A stretch of 64,000 bases of DNA from Giardia intestinalis (Eukaryota), in the NCBI GenBank assembly GCA_000002435.2, contig CM018793.1. One strand, 5' to 3'. How positions within the stretch are numbered: position 1 is the stretch's first letter; every line of letters starts with the position of its first letter. The position numbers and the translations under genes are program-made. This document shows, in pieces, positions 19,542-30,696 of the stretch. The notes under the pieces were generated by a model. It was not told the origin of the DNA, did no database searches, and was given only the letters and a program-made list of their open reading frames with translations.

Positions 19542-22500
19542 CTACTCTGTACTGAGCGTGTCGCCTAGCATCTCGCCTATTGTGTAGTCTCCAATATTGA
19601 CCTCCATGCTATCGTTTATTTCAGCGCGCTGGGTCATCAAAGCAGCTATGGTGATGTTAGTGGGTACTTGTGTGTTGAGTTGTATCCGCTTCGAGTGCTT
19701 GAGGCTATTAAGGACAGCCTGCCTAATTTGCTTGGTGCTGTTAAAAGGTATACTCTTTAGCTCTGCAGTGAGCTCGGGTACTATATGTTCGTTTCCAGAG
19801 TAGAATATGCCTATTGGCAGCTGATCTTCAGCTAATTGGATGGATCTCCCAGCCAGTACGCAAAAGCAAGAAAGGTATGAGTCATACTGACTATACTGTA
19901 AGATAAATGCAAAAGAGAAAGTGGCGATCTTGTGTAGCAGCTCATCAGGTGCCTTATTAGTGCAGGCTAAGATAGGGGTGATAGGTGGTGTTGCAGGACC
20001 GTCTAGACCCGAGTTGGCCACACCATCAGAACGTACGCTTTCTCCAGACGATGAGCACTGGTTTGGCTGTCCCAATCCAGTTGGTGGCCATGACGATATG
20101 TAGTCAAAGATTTTGCATATGAGAATTGCTATTTGTGCTGCGTATTTTGCATCATTGCTAAAGGATACTAGCAAACTAAAGAGAAGACCCAATGAGTAGT
20201 CCACAAACTGCTGATTCGTTGATAGCACGGCTTGGATCCGTTCATTGATGTCTCCATCTTGAAGAAAAAGCTTTACACATATGTCCATCACTGCTCTATT
20301 GCATAGGTTTAAAATGTTTCTAGCAAGAACTTCTTTCTTTTCTCGAAGGTCCTCCCACAACATGCTTTCCGCGGTGCGAGAAAGAACACACGTCTCGCGA
20401 GTCTTAGGAAGGAGAGCACTCAACGCTTTGTGTTCATCCTTGGTAAGCGCAGTGTAAATAGAATGCACGTCATAGTATTGCACGCTTACTATCTTTGAGA
20501 GAATGAGGATGACTTGAACATCACAAAGTCGGGGGACAACGAGCAAGATAAGCCGCAGAATGTAGATAGGGATAGTGTCGTAGTCCAGCTGGAGCAGATA
20601 TTGAAGGAAGTCATTCTGGTTCAGGGAAATGCACTGCAAGCTACTGATTAAGCAGCGCTCGAGCCAGCTGTGGGCGTGCTCAATGTCTGTTGCTGTCGCA
20701 TCATGATTCTCAAGATCAACCTTTGCCACCCCACCAGAAATGGTCCCCCCTAGGAGAACGCGTTGGTTGGAAAGCTGCTGCTCAAAGTATTTAGGTGTTG
20801 CGGATAAAAAGCCTTTGGATGCAATTACCAATAGCATACGTGTGATGTCCTTCAACCTGTCTATAAGATCGCTTTGACTCGAGGTTGTTCCAGATGCGTC
20901 ATGAACGCGATTAAGCACTTCCTTGGCTTGCTGTATCGCGAACATAATCTTCCTGCGGAGTAATAAGCTTGGTAGCGGCGTGGGTGTCGTTAGAGAAACA
21001 GGGTTCGAGACGGAAACATTGTCTAGCCCAAAGTAACTAATAAAGGCTTCAGGAGAGAAGAGAATCGCTGTAATCTCTTGACTGAAGAGGACACTGCGTG
21101 ATTGCTGAAGTGCGTCAGTGACTATACGCTGGAACCCTTCACTATCGTTATGTGCAAGCATTGTACACGCAACTATCTGATTCAGAAGCACATGCTCATA
21201 TGCAGTTACCTGATTCTGCTGTTGAAGAAGCGTAACATGGCCTACAAAGGCAGCAAACACGTCAGGTGATGAGATGATGTACTCCTTAAGGAGATATCTA
21301 TTGCCTGCTAGAATCTTGGCCCGGTCTGCCGCCAGACGTCTGATTGCCAACGTGTCCTGGCTCAGCCTAGAATAAAGCTCTTCTCCAGATATATCTGTTT
21401 CCCCGAGAACTTGAGACTTAAAAGCAATCATCTGCACATACAGCTGAAAGATAGGTTGCAGAAGGGGTGCTATGTACTCTGCCAATAGTCCTTTAACTGA
21501 TGTACCGGATTCATTCTCTGAAGAGTCCTTTACCGATTCTGCCGATGGAGGGTTCTGTCCTTGGGCTTGCTTTCTCTTACCCTTGAAAGGCTTTACTACC
21601 ACATCTCCAGTGGCGCTAGATATACTGTGCATAAAGTCTCTATAAAAGTTTTCCAATATAGCCATTAGTCTATAATAGATAATAGGGTGGATAGGTCGAT
21701 AGGAAAGAAGAACGTGAGCAACACCAAGGACGTCACCTGGTTTCAACACATCTTTGTATGTATTAGTGAATAGCAAGTGCCTAAGCACAGAGTACACCGA
21801 TGCATCGACTATCGCTATGACGGAGTCCATCGCATTGTATTGTTCAGTGTGACGTGTAAATTGTTGTGCTTGTTCCATGGTCATATTGTTCTCAAAACTG
21901 GCCAAAGATGTCAGAAACTGGCCGAGATGCTGAGTCAGCGTAGTGAGGGTGATGTGGGGGTAGAAAATTGCCAGCTTACCGACTAAGGACATGCAATTTC
22001 CCTTGAAGGCAGCAAACCACGTGAGCCAGAACGAGGTGTTAGAATCTATTGAATCCTGTGCCAGGTACTCTTCAGACTCTGTTAGAGTATCTCCTTCGGT
22101 CACAGATAGCAGGCTTCGAAGATTATGCCTATTGACGTAGAAGCAGACACGCTCGATTAGGTACATAGTTAGAGATGTAGGTATCTCATATACCCGAAGG
22201 GAAAGGTCGTTAAAGATGTTAATCAAAGAGGGTAGTAGTAGATCGAAAATAAAGTGGGAGGGATGCTGGGCAAAGACGCAGAAGATGTTGTTGAGTGCAG
22301 AAACTATGAAATCTTTATTGGGACGGAGGGTGTTGCTGTGAGCGGTGTAGATAGTGGTGAAACACATGGTGACGGCCTTCAACTGATTGTAATTAAAGCA
22401 GGAATAGAACCTAGGACCATTAGTAATCAAGTAGAGGAGAGGAGGACCTAGATACGGAAGAGCAGACGGGTTATTCTTCGGCAATTTTATGGTTAACAAA

Positions 22501-23159
22501 GTAACTACCAAATCAGCAACATCGCAGGTAATTTCCTGCTGTAGGAACATGTCCATGAAAGCAGAAGAAAAGTCAGGAGCAGTAAATATGAAACTGAAAA
22601 GAGCTGGATCATTGGGTAAGGCCCCCGTGGCAGCCTTAAGAAGTGTGACTAGTTGAAGCTTCTGATTCGTGTTCATTTGGTGAATAGGAAACTTAGAAAC
22701 GGCGGCAAATATGTTTGCTGATAGCGCAGCAATGGGCTTTATGTTGGTCTTACACTGTAACGTAAGAGAGTTTAAAAGGAGCTCCTCCAGGATTGGCGCA
22801 TATACGTCGAAGCAGGTGCTCATTCCAGACACCAGCTCTTGAAGATCCATCTGAAGTTGGCCGGACGCCTTAACCAAATTCATAGCCACAATTTGAGCAA
22901 GTTTGGAAACAAGGGGAGCTACCAAATGAGTCCGCTCGAGAAGACACAGCTGGGTTATAATGTACTTAATGGCATCGATGGAAAGCTGTGGTTGTAAGGC
23001 AAGTACAGAGCATGCTATTAAGCGGGTACCTACACTCTCATTAGGGTCAAATATGTAGGTGCAAAGGTCTTCTGGTTCGGCCCTCACAACTTGTCTTTCT
23101 GCCTCTGCTCTCCGCTCAGCATCTTGCTCCAGTTGCAAAACTAGTAAGGCCTGCTTCAT
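19542..23159 (-). CDS. Large hypothetical protein (1205 aa), probably alpha-helical repeat (ARM/HEAT-like).
   Basis: Uninterrupted 3.6-kb ORF with ATG at 23157-23159 and an AT-rich leader. Leu-rich, helical composition. No recognised motif. Confidence 0.5.
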   Translation of the reverse strand: MKQALLVLQLEQDAERRAEAERQVVRAEPEDLCTYIFDPNESVGTRLIACSVLALQPQLSIDAIKYIITQLCLLERTHLVAPLVSKLAQIVAMNLVKASGQLQMDLQELVSGMSTCFDVYAPILEELLLNSLTLQCKTNIKPIAALSANIFAAVSKFPIHQMNTNQKLQLVTLLKAATGALPNDPALFSFIFTAPDFSSAFMDMFLQQEITCDVADLVVTLLTIKLPKNNPSALPYLGPPLLYLITNGPRFYSCFNYNQLKAVTMCFTTIYTAHSNTLRPNKDFIVSALNNIFCVFAQHPSHFIFDLLLPSLINIFNDLSLRVYEIPTSLTMYLIERVCFYVNRHNLRSLLSVTEGDTLTESEEYLAQDSIDSNTSFWLTWFAAFKGNCMSLVGKLAIFYPHITLTTLTQHLGQFLTSLASFENNMTMEQAQQFTRHTEQYNAMDSVIAIVDASVYSVLRHLLFTNTYKDVLKPGDVLGVAHVLLSYRPIHPIIYYRLMAILENFYRDFMHSISSATGDVVVKPFKGKRKQAQGQNPPSAESVKDSSENESGTSVKGLLAEYIAPLLQPIFQLYVQMIAFKSQVLGETDISGEELYSRLSQDTLAIRRLAADRAKILAGNRYLLKEYIISSPDVFAAFVGHVTLLQQQNQVTAYEHVLLNQIVACTMLAHNDSEGFQRIVTDALQQSRSVLFSQEITAILFSPEAFISYFGLDNVSVSNPVSLTTPTPLPSLLLRRKIMFAIQQAKEVLNRVHDASGTTSSQSDLIDRLKDITRMLLVIASKGFLSATPKYFEQQLSNQRVLLGGTISGGVAKVDLENHDATATDIEHAHSWLERCLISSLQCISLNQNDFLQYLLQLDYDTIPIYILRLILLVVPRLCDVQVILILSKIVSVQYYDVHSIYTALTKDEHKALSALLPKTRETCVLSRTAESMLWEDLREKKEVLARNILNLCNRAVMDICVKLFLQDGDINERIQAVLSTNQQFVDYSLGLLFSLLVSFSNDAKYAAQIAILICKIFDYISSWPPTGLGQPNQCSSSGESVRSDGVANSGLDGPATPPITPILACTNKAPDELLHKIATFSFAFILQYSQYDSYLSCFCVLAGRSIQLAEDQLPIGIFYSGNEHIVPELTAELKSIPFNSTKQIRQAVLNSLKHSKRIQLNTQVPTNITIAALMTQRAEINDSMEVNIGDYTIGEMLGDTLSTE

Positions 23160-23239
23160 CGTTTTAATTTACAATTTTGGTTATTGGGGGCTCCTAGACT
23201 TCGATAGTACATACACTGTACAAGAAATTGCTGCGATTG

Positions 23240-23563
23240 CTAGGTAGCCAGGTTCTCTTGGCTGTGGTGTTCTTTGGCCCAGTTAATGCGCGAGTCATCG
23301 GCCAGTGCACGGAGGGACAACGACTCATCACCCTCCACATCATTCAGATAAAGAAATTGAATTGCAGACCCTCGGATGAATACTCTTCGGCCGCCAGAAA
23401 CGTGTGTAAAGGAGATGTCAGAGCCATAGATGACGGGGTTATCCAGAGACAGGTTGGCAAAGTTGTCAGAAGCTAGAAGTACTCCGTGCATCTGCATCCC
23501 AGACTTGAGCTCCACGTATACCTTACGTCCCACGAGCTTAGAGAGGAATGTCAAGTAAAGCAT
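23240..23563 (-). CDS. Sm-like (LSm/Sm) small nuclear ribonucleoprotein.
   Basis: Sm1/Sm2 pattern: LVGRKVYVELKSGMQMHGVLLASDNFANLSL, then RRVFIRGSAIQFL. 107 aa. ATG confirmed. Confidence 0.7.
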   Translation of the reverse strand: MLYLTFLSKLVGRKVYVELKSGMQMHGVLLASDNFANLSLDNPVIYGSDISFTHVSGGRRVFIRGSAIQFLYLNDVEGDESLSLRALADDSRINWAKEHHSQENLAT

Positions 23564-23725
23564 TTATCAAACCGTAGCAGAGCAGTTTTATAGATTTTTA
23601 ATAGATTTAACTTTGATGCAATCTTTAATGTCCTTGGTAGAAGCTCAAGGAGCGTGTTGTCAATACCACTTTTAAAGACGATACAACGTGTACTGGAGCT
23701 AACTGTAGCTCTCATACTGGCGTGC

Positions 23726-25540
23726 TTACTCCACCGAGCAATAGTCCCAAATGAAGTTCTGAAGTATTGGGACCGACACTTTCTCAATGACAGTGATTAT
23801 ACTTATTGTTAATAAAGTGGACATATCGAATGATACCAGGCAGCGCAGATTCTGAAGAAATTTATATTTCTCCAGTTGAACCGAGCGCTTATTATCCTTT
23901 AAATCATGGATGTCAATTCCAGTGCTCCCCAGCAGCGCCTTGAAAATGGGGCTGTTCATCACTATTGTTGGGAGAGTCCTCCCATCTGGATCTATATTTA
24001 GCATCTTTTCCAGAAGGGCTGCTAGTGTTCGCATCTCTACAACGACATCCTCGTTGAGCTCCAGCAGAATAAGAAGGTCCTTGTAGTGCCCTAGCTGTAA
24101 GGATGATGTCCGAAGGGTTTCCAATCCAGTGGTACTAGAAAACCGAATCAAAAGGCTGAAAAACAGAAGCTCACGGATACTGTAGCTGGATGTGGTGTAG
24201 TAAATCTTCCTCCTCCAATACTTCCCGCTCAATAAGAGCATATTTCTCATGACCAATCGCGCTAGCCGTATGCTCTCAGAGATAGAGTTGATCCCCTCTG
24301 GCGTTCTCTCCGCAACCAGCGGCCCCAAGGTCTGGCGAACAGCTTTTATTCGCTCACTCTTATGCTTTTCATAAGCAACAGTCAGCGAAAGGCTTCTTGC
24401 ACGTATGGACGGATCCCGATCCTGCAGGTGCTTATTCGGAGACGACGTAGTATCTTCGTCATCGACACACTTTAGCTTGTCATTTTTACTTCTCAACGCA
24501 AACAGTTTCTCTATGAGCTCATCTGAGTTCAGTGCTCTGATGGTCTGCTTATAGACATTGAATAGTTCTGCCCGCATCTGGTGCTTGCTGGTGTCAAGGA
24601 ATCCAGCGTGATACTTTGTGCAATTAACAAGAGGATTGAGATAGTTAATCAGTGCTAGAACCTCTCCAGTAGCCTTGAGATCATCACGGTGGATTGTCTT
24701 GAACAGGGGTACATCGAATATCAAGTCACAGATACTGCATCCCAGGCTCCATGAGTCTCCCACAAATCCAGAGTAGTGCTTGTTCAGCCCGAAGCACTGT
24801 TCAGGAGCTCGCCACCAAACCGTTCCACATATGGCGGTGTTGCCGTTCAGCAATTCCAATTGTGGGATAGTTGGCACTTTACAATTGATTGACCCCACGT
24901 CTGTCATCTTGTTCCGAAGGTAGCGCTTTGTAGAGTGATTGTAGCAGCCTTTGTGACCAAACCGACCGAAGAAAGGAATTTCACAGCGTGCCATCCCGAA
25001 GTCACAAAGGAGGAGCTGCCCGTCACCGGAGACTAGGGCGTTGCTGGGCTTGATGTCGCGATGGGACCAGCCAACAGAATGTAAAATAGCCACGCTACGG
25101 ACTAGGAGAAAGCACAAATGCAAAAACCGATCCCATGAATAATTGATGAGATTGCCTGAGTGTAAAAATGAATGCAGGTCGCATGGACAGAAAGGAAAGA
25201 CTAAAATCAAAGAGTAGGGAACATAGTCTATAGGTGGGTGCGGATCTAATAGCTGCACGTCGCTTCCATTTATAATATCGAGAAGTGGAATAATCGGGAA
25301 GTCCACGAATATGTCTCCACCTCCCAAATCGGGTCTTTCAGCCATAATCTTCTCCAGGGAAACCAGTGCCATGATATCTCTGGTCTGGGTATGAGGCAAA
25401 AGTCCATGACCGTCAGTTACACGGAGAAACTTAAATGCAAGCTTCACAGCCGGATCGCTTTTCAGATGGCCTTCAAGCACGCATCCATAGCTACCTGACC
25501 CCTTCACATTTGAACTGATGACATATTTGTCTGTCTGCAT
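23726..25540 (-). CDS. Ser/Thr protein kinase (CMGC-like catalytic domain) with a ~300-aa C-terminal extension.
   Basis: Glycine loop GSGSYGCV, the AFKFL lysine, HRDIKPSNALV, CDFGMAR and WWRAPE. Confidence 0.75.
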   Translation of the reverse strand: MQTDKYVISSNVKGSGSYGCVLEGHLKSDPAVKLAFKFLRVTDGHGLLPHTQTRDIMALVSLEKIMAERPDLGGGDIFVDFPIIPLLDIINGSDVQLLDPHPPIDYVPYSLILVFPFCPCDLHSFLHSGNLINYSWDRFLHLCFLLVRSVAILHSVGWSHRDIKPSNALVSGDGQLLLCDFGMARCEIPFFGRFGHKGCYNHSTKRYLRNKMTDVGSINCKVPTIPQLELLNGNTAICGTVWWRAPEQCFGLNKHYSGFVGDSWSLGCSICDLIFDVPLFKTIHRDDLKATGEVLALINYLNPLVNCTKYHAGFLDTSKHQMRAELFNVYKQTIRALNSDELIEKLFALRSKNDKLKCVDDEDTTSSPNKHLQDRDPSIRARSLSLTVAYEKHKSERIKAVRQTLGPLVAERTPEGINSISESIRLARLVMRNMLLLSGKYWRRKIYYTTSSYSIRELLFFSLLIRFSSTTGLETLRTSSLQLGHYKDLLILLELNEDVVVEMRTLAALLEKMLNIDPDGRTLPTIVMNSPIFKALLGSTGIDIHDLKDNKRSVQLEKYKFLQNLRCLVSFDMSTLLTISIITVIEKVSVPILQNFIWDYCSVE

Positions 25541-25677
25541 TTAATGCAGCCTGGTTTCGCTAGTGCAGCCGAAAGTCAAAACGAGAAACAGTTTGAGGAC
25601 AAAAAACTGAAGATGTACTGCACCAGGATACAATAACGAAGAGGCGAAAGGTAGTTTACCCTTGGAAAAATGAGGAA

Positions 25678-26082
25678 TTAAGCACTATTGAGCTTTCCGA
25701 GCCATTCATCACACTCCGGGGATGACGGAACTCCGTGCCAGATCAGCTTCCCGTCCTTGTCAAAGAGGAACGCACCGGGGGTGCCCATGTTCGGTGCCTC
25801 TGCCTCACGGAGCGCCTTAACCTCTCCTTTGGCGTCACAAGCAACATTGTACTTTTTCATGGGTGGAATCTTTTGGGCAAAGGCCTCGACCTTGTCCTGC
25901 TCTTCCTCTGTGACTGCAACGAGGTATACATTGGGATACTTTGTCGGCAGTTCTGCCAGGTGCGGAATCATACCACGGCAGGGCGGGCACCAGGTTGTAA
26001 ACACTTCGATCATGTAGGCCATCCCGGGCTTGTATTCCTGGGCCTTGTTCACGTAAGCGAGCGCGTCAATGTTGGGGAGCAT
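25678..26082 (-). CDS. Thioredoxin-fold protein with a WCPPC active site (tryparedoxin/nucleoredoxin-like).
   Basis: IEVFTTWCPPCRGMIPHL, 134 aa. ATG at 26080-26082 with an AT-rich leader. Confidence 0.75.
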   Translation of the reverse strand: MLPNIDALAYVNKAQEYKPGMAYMIEVFTTWCPPCRGMIPHLAELPTKYPNVYLVAVTEEEQDKVEAFAQKIPPMKKYNVACDAKGEVKALREAEAPNMGTPGAFLFDKDGKLIWHGVPSSPECDEWLGKLNSA

Positions 26083-26479
26083 CTAATTAAATTTTAGAGC
26101 CGTAGAAGTTGTACTGTAAAGCCACAAACTTAACTGATGGCACCTGAAGCTTGCATTGTCTGGTAAGTAGGCTTCCAGGTCTAGTCTCCCTCATAAATGC
26201 ACTTAAGACAAGTGGCAAAGCGAGTAATAAACATCATAAGGTATTAGGCCTTTGTGAATGTAGTTACTGTAAATTCAAAAAATTAAAGCCATATACTTAG
26301 CAATATTGAATTAAAATTTAAAAAGCCAATTGATCCGATCTAAGAACTTGTTAACTAGCAGCCTCCAACAATGATTGGCGCCCTATGCAATTAAATTTGA
26401 CATTTTTTTTAGTTCTTTTGGCTGCCGCATACACTTGAAATAGATTTTAGAACGACAGGCTTTTCCATTAAGGCTAAAG

Positions 26480-29400
26480 ATGGAATGTGCTGGATTGATC
26501 CAGTCAATCTCAGACTTCTATGACGTAGAGAGCGTGGCGAAAACTCAGTTTGGTGCAAGCTTCTATCTTGTTAGAGACAGATCTACTGGCACTTGTTTAA
26601 AATTGATCTCTATTGAATTTACGGATAGCTGGATCCGGAGACAGGCTAGTAAGGAGGCCTCTCTCGATTATTGCTCATCCCTCACTAATCCTGGCCTAGC
26701 AAAATATCAAGGGTGGGTCAAAGAACAATCGTCACAGGTCTTGTATGTAAAGGTCGTGTATCCTAGCAGTCCAACAATATTAACACTTTTAGCTCGCAAT
26801 CATGCCTTTTTAGAAGATGCTATTTGGGATATTGCCACAAATCTGGTGGAGCTTCTCGTCTATTTACACAAGCATCACTTGCTAGCTTGGTCTGGCTTGT
26901 CGCCCTCTTTTGTGCATTTGACCACTCAAAACGAACCTATCTTAGATAACTATTTCGCTTCTTTTCGTTTTAGAACGCTTCTATCAAAGGTTGTCGATCC
27001 ATTTTTGGCTCCAGAAATTTCAAGCATGTACTTATCAACCTCTGAGAAGATATCGGACGCTACCTATCTGGACAAGGAGTGTGCCATATCGGCTGAAGCT
27101 GATGCGCAGTTTGGCACCAATGGAACATCAAATCGAAGCACATGTACGAAGAACCCCCTTGCTTTAAATATTAACTCTATTGATACTAGCTCCTTCGCCA
27201 ATTGTGATAATCTCTCAACCCCTCGCAATGATAGAAATGATTTTACAATAGAGCAGGGCCTGGGAGTTTTTAAGTCATCTGTCACACCTTGCTTAATTCA
27301 CCGACTATCACCCTCACATGCATCCTCGGCCCGTCAAGGTGATGCTCCTCCGCCATCTTCATATTCTAAGGAGGGATCTGAAGAAATACAAAGGGTGCAG
27401 CATATGATAGAACTAGCAGGTCTCTCGCCGTCCAAGCAGTTTAAGGCTGATGTTTGGGCCATGGGAGCTCTCCTGTTGTGTCTCTGCCTTGGTCGGCCAC
27501 TGAATCATAGGGACGATTGTGTGCACCTGGCAACTGATCTTCGCAAAAACTCCAAGCTAGGGTCATGCTTATACTCTTACTCGTTGTGCTCATTCATCTG
27601 TAGCTGCTTACAGCCAGACCCTGTGAAGCGACCAGCTCTATCTATACTCAAGGAGCGAATACAAATCCATATGGCGCCCCGTCTATCTTTACCCGAATCC
27701 TTACGGGGAAGCTTCTGCTGTCACATGAGCGAATCAACGAGCTGCACAAACCAGCTTATTCTAACCACTCCCCGAGGGTGCATCCCCAGTAGTAACAAGT
27801 TTCAACAAAGGCAGCAGCTGAACTCTGAGCAGACTGATAACCCGCTGATAAAGGCAGCAGAAATTGGAAACTACGATGCAGTGAAGCAGAATATAGGATA
27901 TCTTGGTAAAACAGGGTCAGGAGGCCGGACAGCTCTGATGTTTGCTGCGGGGAATGGCCACACAAAGTGCATCAAGTCACTGATTAAAGAATCTCGTATG
28001 AAAGATCAGCAAGGGCTCACGGCCCTTATGTATGCTGTCAAGAATAGGTACAAAGACGCTATTCTCTCACTGGCCAAGGACGAGGCTGGGATGCAAGACG
28101 ATCAGGGGTTTACTGCGCTGATGTACGCTGCTATAGACAATAACAGTGAGATTGTATCCATTCTCATGAAGAAAGCAGCAGGTAAAGAGCTCAAGAAGCA
28201 AAATCTCAAGGGGGAAACGGCATTGATGATGGCGACCCAGTATTGGAACAATGAAGTAGCAGATTACCTTGTCAAGGAAGCAAAACTTATTAATGTGGAC
28301 GGTAGCACAGCGTTGATGTATGCAGCTAGAAATGGAAATGTGAACTATGTCAAGCTTCTAGCACCAAAGGAGGCAGGCATGAAAGCATTGAACGGGGACC
28401 GCGCGCTAGAGCTGGCGCTCATTAACTCCCATGCAGACTGTGCAGACATTCTTTCTCGCTATGAACTAAAGCTGCATGCAGGAGAAACTCCGTTGCTTTA
28501 TGCATTGAAGTCTGGTGACAAGCGCTTAGCGACAATCAGCACTCCGGTGTATTCACAAAGCCACGAGCTTTCTAACACCAGTCATCTTTCCTATGCCATA
28601 AAGAGCAACAATGCTCAAGCTGTCAAGGAGCTACTTTCGTTTGAACTGCCGTTCGTGCACCAGCCAGATGGAAGCTGCTTGGACTTAGCCATCAGAAGCG
28701 GCAGCTTTCAAATACTAAGCATTATCTATTCGTATGCTCTGGAACACTCTCTGGGGATTTGTGTTTCCCGGCGACTCGGGACTTCTATCACAAAATTGAT
28801 GAAGTGTGCGATAAGTAATGACGTAGCGGAGATATCGAACTATCTTTTTCAGTTGGGGCTAACTGACGTACACGGAAACACAGCGTTAATGTATGCTGTT
28901 CGGCACAGAAACCGTGATGCCACAGCTGCATTGGTATGCGAGGCAACCATCCAAAATCTAACTGGATGGTCGCCGCTGATGGTCGCTGCTGCGAATGGTG
29001 ATGCGGACTTGGTTCATGAGCTTGTTGAGCACTCTTATGGGCTTTTAACAAGAAGAAAAGAGACAGCCCTGATGGTAGCCGTCAAAGGAGGGTCTCTTCC
29101 TTGTGTGAGGCTACTAGCAAAAGCAGAGGCAAAAAAGCAAGACATTAATGGGACAACTGCTCTCATGTTGGCAGTTATTCTTAGAAATCATCCGATTGCA
29201 GAAGTGTTGATGCCCTTTGAGGCAGGGATGCAAGACGTCAATGGGATGACTACCCTGATGATAGCAGCACAATTGGGAGATGTGGACATGGTGCGCCTCC
29301 TTGCTAATCACGAAGCCACGCTGCAGACTAACTCTAGCTGTATTGATGGCGCTGGCTGGACTGCCATGATGTATGCGGCACGTGAAGGCCACTGTGAGGT

Positions 29401-30658
29401 TGTTGCTATCCTCGCAGCTCATGAGGGTAGCATGCAACTGGTGACAGGACGGACTGCCCTTATGATTTCAGCGTATGCACACAATGATTCCTGTGTGGAG
29501 CTACTCTGTACCATAGAAAGGGAGGCGCAGGATGAAAATGGCTTTACAGCTCTTATGTATGCAATTAACTCAAAGTATGACAGCTCCGATTTTATGACTA
29601 GGATGCAAGTTCAGCGATGTATTCAGCTGCTGCTACACGAGGCCTATCTTTCTGATTATGGTGACACGACTCCCTTATCCTTGGCTGCAAGTGTTGGTAA
29701 TTTGGATGTGATAAAGCTTGCCACCTCGAATCTCATCTTGCGTAAGCAACTTGTCAAAGTTGACTCTCAAGGCATGACAGCGCTTATGCACGCAGCCCTT
29801 CAAGGGCATGCTGATTGCGTGAAGGAGTTACTGAAATACGACAAAGCTACACTAGATAATATAGTCATCCATCTATCTCGGGAACGAGATGCTAATGGCA
29901 TGACTGCTCTCATGTATGCCTCCTGTAACAATAGAGCCTCATGCGTTGACATCCTCCTTCCGTTAGAGTGCAACATGACATCCAATGATGGAAGCACTGC
30001 GTTGATGCTCGCTGCACAGGAGGGGTACATCAACATAGTTAAGAAGATAGTCACTGGAAGCAGCGAGCTCGGTATGGCTAATCATAATAGATTGACTGCA
30101 CTTGCAGCAGCAGCATCAGGAGGGTATACTGAGTGCGTGAGATTTTTGCACAGCTCTTGCCTTGACCGAGGACTTTCTCTGACGACACAGGGCTTTACCA
30201 ATTTGATGCTGGCCGCTTCTCTTAACGATCTAGATGCAGTCCGAATGGGAATCGATGAAGGAGATGCACGGAAGACCAGTCCCATTGGATTTACAGCCCT
30301 TATGTATGCAGCTATCAATAATTCTATTGAATCTGTGCTACTTCTTGCGTCCTATGAAAATAAGATGACAACGGAGTCTGGCATAACTGCACTCATGCTA
30401 GCTTCTAAAATGGGTCACGTAAAGTGTGTCAAAGCCCTGATCCACGAAGAGGTAGGAATGCAAACCGTTCAAGGCTGGTCTGCACTGATGTTTGCAGCTT
30501 TCTCAAACAAGCCAGACTGTGTAGAGCTTCTACTTAAGACTGAGTTTACATTGAAGAATGAGGATGGTAACACGGCTCTTGACTTAAGTAGAATTTATAA
30601 GGCTAAAGCAGCTAATGAAATCCTTCATTCTTATCACGCATCACTCCGTCTTTTGTAG
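26480..30658 (+). CDS. NEK-like (pseudo)kinase fused to a long ankyrin-repeat array (Giardia Protein 21.1 family).
   Basis: N-terminal kinase-like fold in which the catalytic loop reads HHLLAWSGLSPSFVHL in place of HRDLKPxN. More than 20 repeats of the TALMYAA.NGH type follow. 1392 aa. Confidence 0.75.
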   Translation: MECAGLIQSISDFYDVESVAKTQFGASFYLVRDRSTGTCLKLISIEFTDSWIRRQASKEASLDYCSSLTNPGLAKYQGWVKEQSSQVLYVKVVYPSSPTILTLLARNHAFLEDAIWDIATNLVELLVYLHKHHLLAWSGLSPSFVHLTTQNEPILDNYFASFRFRTLLSKVVDPFLAPEISSMYLSTSEKISDATYLDKECAISAEADAQFGTNGTSNRSTCTKNPLALNINSIDTSSFANCDNLSTPRNDRNDFTIEQGLGVFKSSVTPCLIHRLSPSHASSARQGDAPPPSSYSKEGSEEIQRVQHMIELAGLSPSKQFKADVWAMGALLLCLCLGRPLNHRDDCVHLATDLRKNSKLGSCLYSYSLCSFICSCLQPDPVKRPALSILKERIQIHMAPRLSLPESLRGSFCCHMSESTSCTNQLILTTPRGCIPSSNKFQQRQQLNSEQTDNPLIKAAEIGNYDAVKQNIGYLGKTGSGGRTALMFAAGNGHTKCIKSLIKESRMKDQQGLTALMYAVKNRYKDAILSLAKDEAGMQDDQGFTALMYAAIDNNSEIVSILMKKAAGKELKKQNLKGETALMMATQYWNNEVADYLVKEAKLINVDGSTALMYAARNGNVNYVKLLAPKEAGMKALNGDRALELALINSHADCADILSRYELKLHAGETPLLYALKSGDKRLATISTPVYSQSHELSNTSHLSYAIKSNNAQAVKELLSFELPFVHQPDGSCLDLAIRSGSFQILSIIYSYALEHSLGICVSRRLGTSITKLMKCAISNDVAEISNYLFQLGLTDVHGNTALMYAVRHRNRDATAALVCEATIQNLTGWSPLMVAAANGDADLVHELVEHSYGLLTRRKETALMVAVKGGSLPCVRLLAKAEAKKQDINGTTALMLAVILRNHPIAEVLMPFEAGMQDVNGMTTLMIAAQLGDVDMVRLLANHEATLQTNSSCIDGAGWTAMMYAAREGHCEVVAILAAHEGSMQLVTGRTALMISAYAHNDSCVELLCTIEREAQDENGFTALMYAINSKYDSSDFMTRMQVQRCIQLLLHEAYLSDYGDTTPLSLAASVGNLDVIKLATSNLILRKQLVKVDSQGMTALMHAALQGHADCVKELLKYDKATLDNIVIHLSRERDANGMTALMYASCNNRASCVDILLPLECNMTSNDGSTALMLAAQEGYINIVKKIVTGSSELGMANHNRLTALAAAASGGYTECVRFLHSSCLDRGLSLTTQGFTNLMLAASLNDLDAVRMGIDEGDARKTSPIGFTALMYAAINNSIESVLLLASYENKMTTESGITALMLASKMGHVKCVKALIHEEVGMQTVQGWSALMFAAFSNKPDCVELLLKTEFTLKNEDGNTALDLSRIYKAKAANEILHSYHASLRLL

Positions 30659-30696
30659 ACTTGTGTGTAGAGTAGTCTGCCATACGCCCTACATAT

